64,000 nucleotides of DNA from Candidatus Nomurabacteria bacterium (GTDB lineage: Bacteria; Patescibacteriota; Minisyncoccia; Phycocordibacterales; UBA918), in contig CP060228.1 of NCBI GenBank assembly GCA_023898565.1, positions 25,448 to 89,447 on the forward strand, written 5' to 3'. Of this stretch, positions 57,687 through 64,000 are shown piece after piece. The position numbers and the translations under genes are program-made. The number at the start of each line of letters is the position of its first letter. Position 1 is the stretch's first letter. Under the pieces are notes generated by a model. That model was given only the letters and a program-made list of their open reading frames with translations. It made no database searches and was not told where the DNA came from.

Positions 57687-59084
57687 CTAGGAGAGATTAT
57701 TAAGAAACGGAAGTTTGCTGCGAAGTTTGCTCCACCAGTGTCCAAGGAGTGAACCAAGTGTAGGCTCACTAACCTCACGCACCGCTATTGGAGCTGACTC
57801 TTCAACAAGTAGCTCTGGCCGTAAAGTTACCTCTTCCCGTTCGACAGATACCGCTTGTTTTAGCTTCTCCTTTGCTTCACGTTTCGCCACCACATGGCTT
57901 ACCCTTAATTGTAAATCACTGAGCGCGTTCATAAAAGCAATATACGCATCATATGGGGATTTGTACGGACTGAAGTACGCATGCACGTCGCCGTCATTCG
58001 CCCACTTGGTGCACATATAATAAAAGTGATCTGACGTTTGGAGTTTGCGCCAGGTTTCAATGATTTTTTTATCCTTGGTCCTCATCACTGCATCTTCCAT
58101 GCCATAGGTGGCAGCAATTGCATCTCGTTGGATATCATTACCGTTCCACGCAGTAAGGTCGCGATCAGTGTCTGCCCAAGTCAACACATCTGGTACATCA
58201 TATTCACCGGCTGCATCATATGCTTCGACCGTCTCAGTTGCCGTTTTGAAGCTTGTATCAGGGTGCCGCATGACCATTTCTGGCATGGCACGTAAGAAAT
58301 CAAATATACCCGTATCTTCCCATTGATGTTCACCGAAGCTTTCGTAGTCCATGAACAGATTGACGGTTTGCCCGTCACCATGGTGCGCATGAATCCAGTT
58401 AGCGTACGTATCGGCTGAAAGCGGCCAGCTTTCCCAAGCCTTATTTCCAAATCGAAACGCAATATCATCGGAGAGTTTATAATTCTTAAGAAGCACCTTA
58501 ATCTTGGAACAACCCGCTGGACGGTAGAGATAATTCGGACTACGCCACCCGAGGTACTTATCCCATCCCTCAGCCATAATGCCCAAGTAGCCATTGTCTT
58601 CGCACCACTTTGCTAAATCGTTGCGGTACGACAATTCAGTGTTGCGAAACACGCGTGGTTTTACACCAAAGAGCTGCTTGATGCGCTTCTCATGCTGTTT
58701 CACTTGTCGTTCAAACTCTGGCACTGAATAGAAAAATGCCAGTGAGTGATGATAGGTGTCAGCCAAAATTTCCACTCGGCCAGTTGCCACCAGCTCTTGG
58801 AAAGACTCCAGCACGTCTGGTGCATACGCTTCAAATTGATCTAGAGCCGTACCTGAAAAAGAGAGATTAAAACGAAACTCAGGATGTCGATCTAAAAGCT
58901 CTTTAAGCACTTTATTGGTCGGTCGATACGACTTGTTTGCTACCTTTTCAACAATGAAGCGATTGTCGAGGTCGGTGCCGCTTTCGTCATTAAAATATTC
59001 GGCGTCATTACCGATGTCAAAAACACGATATTTCTTTACTCGAAATGGTTGATGAACGTGAAAATAGGGACAAACAGTAAGCAT
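57687..59084 (-). CDS. Glycoside hydrolase family 57 (alpha-glucan-active enzyme)
   Basis: N-terminal CPYFHVHQPFR GH57 hallmark. 465 aa. Confidence 0.75.
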   Translation of the reverse strand: MLTVCPYFHVHQPFRVKKYRVFDIGNDAEYFNDESGTDLDNRFIVEKVANKSYRPTNKVLKELLDRHPEFRFNLSFSGTALDQFEAYAPDVLESFQELVATGRVEILADTYHHSLAFFYSVPEFERQVKQHEKRIKQLFGVKPRVFRNTELSYRNDLAKWCEDNGYLGIMAEGWDKYLGWRSPNYLYRPAGCSKIKVLLKNYKLSDDIAFRFGNKAWESWPLSADTYANWIHAHHGDGQTVNLFMDYESFGEHQWEDTGIFDFLRAMPEMVMRHPDTSFKTATETVEAYDAAGEYDVPDVLTWADTDRDLTAWNGNDIQRDAIAATYGMEDAVMRTKDKKIIETWRKLQTSDHFYYMCTKWANDGDVHAYFSPYKSPYDAYIAFMNALSDLQLRVSHVVAKREAKEKLKQAVSVEREEVTLRPELLVEESAPIAVREVSEPTLGSLLGHWWSKLRSKLPFLNNLS

Positions 59085-59087
59085 AGA

Positions 59088-60311
59088 CTATGGTGTTACG
59101 TATTGTACCAGATGGCGATACATGTCTCGAATTTTATCTGCCGCCTTCTTCCATGAGATATCGCGCAACTGCCACTTACCTTCTTTAACCAACTGCTGAC
59201 GCATCACTGGATATCGCAAGCCAGCTAATATCTTATTCGCAAGCTCATCGATATCCCAAAAATCCACCTTAAGCGCATGCGTAAGCACCTCAGCCACGCC
59301 AGACTGCTTGGAAATAATAGCAGGCGTACCGTGCTGAATAGCTTCAAGTGGCACCAGACCAAACGGCTCTGAAACAGACGGCATCACGATAAGGTCGGCA
59401 CTTTGGTACATACGGTCACGTTCTTCATCCCAGAGCGGCCCGGCAAAGCGAACGTGTTTAGAAAGACCAAGTGCGCCGACCTGATTGATAATTTGATTGG
59501 TCATGTCACCCCAACCAGAAATCACAAAGATGACGTTCGGATCAACATCTACTACGCGTCTTGCCGCTTCCACAAACTTGTCGACGCCTTTTTGAATACT
59601 AATGCGCCCGTGATACAAAACCACTTTCTTGCCCTGTGCTTTAAGCTCTTTGAGTGTTGGCTCGAGCCGAGGGGGCTCATGTGAATCACAGCCATTATGC
59701 ACCACCTCTACCTTAGCGGCAGGTACGTGATGTTTCTTGACCACAATCTCCTTAGTGTAGCCACTCACGGTCACTACTTTATCCGCCGCTGCAAATGCTT
59801 CGTATTCAATTTGGTAAATCGATGGATCAACATTGTTGCCAGCTGCTTGATCAAACGATGTTGCATGTACGTGGAGTACGAGTGGCTTCCCGCTTGCTTT
59901 CTTGGCAGCCACGCCGGCTAAATACGAGGTCCAGTCATGAGCATGGATCACATCAAACTCCTCTTCGCGTGCAATGATTGAGGCTTGGTGTGCAAATCGA
60001 TGCGCTTCCTCAAGAATAGTGCGCGACTTGTAGATTGGCTTACCATGCTTATCATAGCCAACAATCACTTGTACCATGCTGTCGGCTTGGTGATACGGAA
60101 GCAGCGAGACATCAGCATGACGTACTTTCACCAGACGTTCCTGATCAGCAAATAAAAAACGCGCGTCACCACGCGTGTCTTGTGTCTTAGGGAGCACGAA
60201 AATAACTTCTACACCGCTTTGTAGAAGTTCTCGAGTTAGACCGTAACAGGCGACTCCGAGGCCCCCGTTCTTGGCCGGCGGAAATTCCCAACCAAAGGTA
60301 AGTACTCTCAT
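59088..60311 (-). CDS. GT-B glycosyltransferase (GT4/GT5 type), likely alpha-glucan/glycogen synthase
   Basis: N-terminal FPPAKNGGLGVA. C-terminal E-x7-E-like region PSVSEPFGLVPLEAIQHGTP. Confidence 0.65.
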   Translation of the reverse strand: MRVLTFGWEFPPAKNGGLGVACYGLTRELLQSGVEVIFVLPKTQDTRGDARFLFADQERLVKVRHADVSLLPYHQADSMVQVIVGYDKHGKPIYKSRTILEEAHRFAHQASIIAREEEFDVIHAHDWTSYLAGVAAKKASGKPLVLHVHATSFDQAAGNNVDPSIYQIEYEAFAAADKVVTVSGYTKEIVVKKHHVPAAKVEVVHNGCDSHEPPRLEPTLKELKAQGKKVVLYHGRISIQKGVDKFVEAARRVVDVDPNVIFVISGWGDMTNQIINQVGALGLSKHVRFAGPLWDEERDRMYQSADLIVMPSVSEPFGLVPLEAIQHGTPAIISKQSGVAEVLTHALKVDFWDIDELANKILAGLRYPVMRQQLVKEGKWQLRDISWKKAADKIRDMYRHLVQYVTP

Positions 60312-60475
60312 GGCTAATGCACGCTATGCCTACTGCACCACTTAGCTATAGCTGACCCCATAGTACCACGCCCGCTTTTTAATCGCCGACTTTGGGAGGT
60401 GTATAAACTGTTGACTAGCAACTGTTTGTTTAACAGATTGACCTTTTTCGACTCTTCTGCTAAAATCTCGCCACT

Positions 60476-60655
60476 ATGTCACAGGATTTGTTAGTAAAAC
60501 TCGTATCTCAAGGCGACGAAAAAGGCGTTGGGAAAGGTCACGTGTACTACACTCGCTTCAATAATAAAAACAAGAAGGACCCGAGCAAGAAGTACGAAAC
60601 AGTAAAGTTCAACCCGGTTGCCAAAAAGCACACCGTCTACAAGCAGAAGAAGTAA
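60476..60655 (+). CDS. rpmG: 50S ribosomal protein bL33 (zinc-less type), 59 aa, missing from the ORF track
   Basis: KLVSQGDEKGVGKGHVYYTRFNNKNK...KFNPVAKKHTVYKQKK aligns with E. coli L33 ([20 protein letters not shown]...KFDPVVRQHVIYKEAK). A terminator follows. Confidence 0.75.
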   Translation: MSQDLLVKLVSQGDEKGVGKGHVYYTRFNNKNKKDPSKKYETVKFNPVAKKHTVYKQKK

Positions 60656-60660
60656 ACATG

Positions 60661-60682
60661 AGCCCGCAAGGGCTTTTTGTTT
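60661..60682 (+). terminator. rho-independent terminator of rpmG
   Basis: agcccgc aa gggct then ttttgttt. Confidence 0.75.
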
Positions 60683-60752
60683 ACCTTGTTCTACATCAAC
60701 CACGTAATCCTGCGGCCAATTCCAGATTAAGCACTTGTAGTAACTGATAAAA

Positions 60753-60782
60753 AGGGCCAGCACCTTTCAGGTGCTGGCCCTT
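60753..60782. terminator. Hairpin terminator downstream of fba
   Basis: gggccagcacc tttc aggtgctggccc with T-runs on both sides. Confidence 0.65.
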
Positions 60783-60787
60783 TTCTC

Positions 60788-61789
60788 CTACAATCTACCT
60801 AAACTTGCTTCGCTATTTCGCTTACACACATCTCGTAAAACATCCATCGCTTTCTGTTCATTTTCCCGCTTTCCATCCCAGGCGCGAAGCATCGGCTCTT
60901 CGATTGCGCGAGAGAATGAAAACGTAATTGGCCATGGCTGCTCACCAAGCTTAGCGATAGCATTGAGATTATCAGTCGAACGCTCCGGCGACTGACCGCC
61001 TGAAAGAAACACAATACCAGCAACATCATGTGGCACACTCATATGAAAAGTGCGAAGTGTCGCAGTAGCTACTTCTTCGGGGCTAGTCTGCTCAGAATAT
61101 GCATCTCCCGCCAGAACCATAGATGACTTAAGAATAAGCCCAGCCATATCCACTTTATATTCCATAAGTGTCTGGAAGAGGATTTGCAGCGTGCGCGTTG
61201 TAACCATTTCTGCCTTTTCGAGCGAATGATCACCAGCATGGATCACCTCAGGTTCTACAATTGGTACAATTCCCGCCTCCTGCGCCATTTGTGCATAGCG
61301 TGCGAGCATGACGGCATTCATTTTAATTGATGCGTCAGTAGGAGTTTCATCTTCATCGATCGAAATCACCGCTCGCCATTTTGCAAAGCGCGCACCCATA
61401 TCGTAGTACTCAGCAAAACGCTGGTCGAGGTCATCCAGCCCTTGAGTAACCACCTCGCCTTTAAAGCCTTGTAAATCCTTCACCCCAAGATCTACCTTAA
61501 TACCAGGAATAATACCACGGGCGGTGAGCACATCGGCAAACGGAATACCATCACGCGTGGAGTTACGTAATGATGAGTCGTACATAATGACACCTGAGAG
61601 ATACTTCTCGATGTCTGGCGCGGTGAATAATAATTCGCGGAAAATTTGTCGGTTTTCTGGTTCGTTCGGCAAGTGCACCATATCTAGACGCTTGCCCGCT
61701 GTTCCATCGCTTTCATCAGCTGCCAAAATCCCCTTACCTGGCTCCATGAGCGCTGCTGCAATCTCATATAATTTAGTGTTCTTTTTCAT
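60788..61789 (-). CDS. fba: Fructose-bisphosphate aldolase class I
   Basis: GKGILAADESDGTAGKRL class-I FBA signature. 333 aa. Confidence 0.85.
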   Translation of the reverse strand: MKKNTKLYEIAAALMEPGKGILAADESDGTAGKRLDMVHLPNEPENRQIFRELLFTAPDIEKYLSGVIMYDSSLRNSTRDGIPFADVLTARGIIPGIKVDLGVKDLQGFKGEVVTQGLDDLDQRFAEYYDMGARFAKWRAVISIDEDETPTDASIKMNAVMLARYAQMAQEAGIVPIVEPEVIHAGDHSLEKAEMVTTRTLQILFQTLMEYKVDMAGLILKSSMVLAGDAYSEQTSPEEVATATLRTFHMSVPHDVAGIVFLSGGQSPERSTDNLNAIAKLGEQPWPITFSFSRAIEEPMLRAWDGKRENEQKAMDVLRDVCKRNSEASLGRL

Positions 61790-61807
61790 ACTATATAAAG
61801 TGTAACA

Positions 61808-61835
61808 AAGGGCGGCCCCAAAGGGGCCGCCCTTC
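61808..61835. terminator. Hairpin terminator between the ABC transporter operon and fba
   Basis: aaagggcggcccc aaa ggggccgccctt. Confidence 0.75.
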
Positions 61836-61846
61836 TGTGGGCAACT

Positions 61847-62611
61847 CTACGACCGAATCTTCCAACCGTTTTTAAAGAGAGTCACAACCAGAATAGCCAG
61901 CGCCACCACCAACCCGATAATCACGACCAAACCTGTTCCTGTATCCGCTTCGCTGTACCCTATCATGCTGCTTCTAATGCCGTCTGCGAAATAGAAGAAT
62001 GGATTAAAATGCGTAATCGTTGCAGCCAAAGGCGGCAAAAAAGTCACCGAGTAAAAGATGCCACCTAAGTACGTTAGCGGTGTAATGACAAAAGTATTTA
62101 GAATTTGCAACTGCTCAAAACTCTCCGCCCAGAGTGCAACCAAAATACCCAGCATCGCAAAAATTGCCGCAATCATGACCACATACAAAACAAAACCGAG
62201 CGGATTAACGAGCGAAACTGCTCCGTAGATTACTCCAACTGCCAAAATAAGGAACGCCACCATAATAGACCGAACTACCGCACTACCGACCAAGCCAATG
62301 AGCATTTCCAAATATGAAAAGGGTGCAATCAACATTTCCTCAATGCCACGCGTAAAGCGCATAAAGTAGAGGGACGATGACGCACTCGCAAACGACGCAT
62401 TGATGAGTGAAAGCATTAGCACACCCGGAAACACGAAGCTGATATACGGCACACCAGCAAAATCTTCAATCTTTGTTCCGATTACGGTACCAAAAATAAA
62501 AAGATACAACGCAGCTGACACCACCGGCGCAATCAGTGTCTGCGTCACCACCCGGAAGGTACGACGCACCTCCCGCTCAAACATTGTACATAGACCAATC
62601 CAGTTCACCAT
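61847..62611 (-). CDS. ABC-2 family transporter permease
   Basis: Six-TM ABC-2 topology, directly downstream of the ATPase gene. Confidence 0.7.
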   Translation of the reverse strand: MVNWIGLCTMFEREVRRTFRVVTQTLIAPVVSAALYLFIFGTVIGTKIEDFAGVPYISFVFPGVLMLSLINASFASASSSLYFMRFTRGIEEMLIAPFSYLEMLIGLVGSAVVRSIMVAFLILAVGVIYGAVSLVNPLGFVLYVVMIAAIFAMLGILVALWAESFEQLQILNTFVITPLTYLGGIFYSVTFLPPLAATITHFNPFFYFADGIRSSMIGYSEADTGTGLVVIIGLVVALAILVVTLFKNGWKIRS

Positions 62612-62613
62612 AC

Positions 62614-63360
62614 TTACACTTTTTTAGTTTCGCGAGTAATTTCTAAGTACCGCTCTTCGATACTCTTGCCGTCTTTCATAAATTCCTCCTTTGTCCCTTC
62701 AGCCACAATCTTGCCGTGATTAATAATCGCAATTTCATTGCAAAGATACTGGATCTCTTCCAAATAGTGGGAGGTGAGAATGATTGTCTTTCCAGCCTCA
62801 TTTAGTTCTTTGAGATACCGCCACAGGTCGTGCCGCTGCTCGACATCTACACCAGCAGTTGGCTCATCGAGAATGAGTAAATCTGGCGTATGCACCAAGG
62901 CGCGCCCAAGCATGGCACGACGCTTAAGTCCACCTGACAGTTTCTGGAACTTCATATTTTGGTGTTTTTCCAAGTCGAATTGCGTAATGAGTTCGTCAAT
63001 ACGAGCACTGCGCACCTCTCGCGGGATGCCATAGTATCCCCCCATATAACTCATGAGCTGGCGCGGCGTCGCGAAAATATCAACATTAAACTCCTGTGGC
63101 GAAAGACCAACCTTGGTGCGTGCCTTCTTGTAGTCTTCGACCACATCGATGCCGTCAATCAATATTTGCCCGGAAGTCGGCTGTGCAATCCCAGTGATAC
63201 AATGAATTGTTGTACTCTTACCTGCACCGTTTGGCCCAAGCAAACCAAAAAAGCTTCCTTTCTTGATCGACAGCGAAATATGCTCGACCGCGCAAGTAGC
63301 GTCTTTCCCTCTACCGTAAATCTTTACTAAATTCTTAATTTCCAACATTGGTGTATTCAT
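62614..63360 (-). CDS. ABC transporter ATP-binding protein
   Basis: Walker A GLLGPNGAGKSTT, signature LSGGLKRR, Walker B LLILDEPTAGVD. Confidence 0.85.
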   Translation of the reverse strand: MNTPMLEIKNLVKIYGRGKDATCAVEHISLSIKKGSFFGLLGPNGAGKSTTIHCITGIAQPTSGQILIDGIDVVEDYKKARTKVGLSPQEFNVDIFATPRQLMSYMGGYYGIPREVRSARIDELITQFDLEKHQNMKFQKLSGGLKRRAMLGRALVHTPDLLILDEPTAGVDVEQRHDLWRYLKELNEAGKTIILTSHYLEEIQYLCNEIAIINHGKIVAEGTKEEFMKDGKSIEERYLEITRETKKV

Positions 63361-63387
63361 AAGTTTCCTTAGTATACCAAAGACAAA

Positions 63388-63420
63388 GAAAAAAGCCGGC
63401 GCGCTAGCGCGCCGGCTTTT
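63388..63420. terminator. Bidirectional hairpin terminator
   Basis: aaaaaagccggcgcgc ta gcgcgccggctttt. Confidence 0.8.
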
Positions 63421-63434
63421 GGCCACTCAAGGAA

Positions 63435-63875
63435 TCAAGCTCCTGGCGACACCTCGATGTCCGGGTCAAAATTGTCAGTCGCCGTAAGACACGCCTGCAA
63501 CTGACTCTTATCTGCTTCACATTCGGCGGACTCATCCTGCAACTGACTCATGAGCTCCATCACAAGACAAAGCAAGATGTGCTTACCTGGTTTTTCTGCC
63601 GGTATAGCCTCACCTTTCAGCCACATCTTGATTGCACCAGGCATGCCAATACACTCTTCAAGATCTTCGATTCGATCGTCTGACACCGTGACTACCTGTG
63701 ACAGCTGATCTCTGAAAACCCACGAATCAATTGAAGATTGTTCGCAAAGCCACCGACTGACCGCATCGAGAAACTTCACCCGCAGAGCGAGCGAGTTAAT
63801 ACGATATTCAAGAAATAACAACTTCTGAACTCGAAAGCTTCCTGTTTGAAAATCAGACTCAGAGACGGTATCCAT
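63435..63875 (-). CDS. Hypothetical acidic protein
   Basis: ORF only. Confidence 0.35.
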   Translation of the reverse strand: MDTVSESDFQTGSFRVQKLLFLEYRINSLALRVKFLDAVSRWLCEQSSIDSWVFRDQLSQVVTVSDDRIEDLEECIGMPGAIKMWLKGEAIPAEKPGKHILLCLVMELMSQLQDESAECEADKSQLQACLTATDNFDPDIEVSPGA

Positions 63876-64000
63876 CTCGCTCTCCTAAAATAGTTGACTT
63901 TAAATACTCCGTATTGGATAGTACTGATATATGGCTCAAAGTCAAGAAATTGAATGGTTGCTGAGGGAGAAATATAGCGGCGAAAAAAGCGAAGCTTTTT

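Noticed and set aside
60491-60763. 90-aa minus-strand ORF
   Set aside because: It is antisense to the clearly homologous bL33 gene and its terminator.

Overview
Bacterial chromosomal window of about 50% GC, read with the standard genetic code. The long ORFs match expected protein lengths, so there is no sign of stop-codon recoding. No CRISPR array and no rRNA gene is present.

Gene density is high. Most genes lie on the minus strand and end in clear rho-independent hairpin terminators.

The housekeeping backbone contains:
- mreB with a divergent yciB-like septation gene
- an HTH-fused MurA
- an ATPase-motif-degenerate PriA
- def-fmt, hpf and a glutaredoxin
- Fpg and Ung
- a complete nine-gene V/A-type ATPase operon in Thermus-like order (G-I-K-E-C-F-A-B-D)
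- truB
- a glycogen/alpha-glucan cluster (GH15, GH57, GT4-type synthase)
- a class I fructose-bisphosphate aldolase
- an ABC-2 exporter
- a 59-aa bL33 gene missing from the ORF track

The most notable region is an AT-rich, roughly 14 kb block at 17.6-31.97 kb that abuts a tRNA-Asn(GTT) gene. It carries a large serine recombinase whose 3' end overlaps the tRNA, a TM-less FtsK/TraB-like DNA translocase, an RHH protein and cysteine-rich proteins. It also carries a tightly overlapping four-gene operon: an HKD(PLD)-nuclease/SNF2-helicase fusion (1149 aa), a gamma-class N6-adenine methyltransferase of Type IIG/PglX-like architecture (1034 aa), a zeta-toxin-family P-loop kinase (234 aa) and a 62-aa ORF. 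This gene set resembles parts of DISARM/BREX/Type ISP but matches none of them, and is the best candidate here for an undescribed defence system.

Immediately left of the island, three small minus-strand genes are each preceded by a ~90-nt repeat. The repeats share the acceptor/T-arm-like string of the tRNA-Asn 3' end. I read them as decayed att-site remnants of earlier integrations, each followed by a sigma70-like promoter.

Other notable loci:
- a candidate extracytoplasmic flavin electron-transfer module (membrane FNR fusion, two FMN-binding-domain proteins, ApbE)
- a cell-surface polysaccharide cluster with a tailspike-like beta-helix protein carrying an endosialidase-type intramolecular chaperone domain
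- a G9 homopolymer frameshift in an NTF2-like gene
- a VirD4/TraG-like coupling ATPase at the left edge
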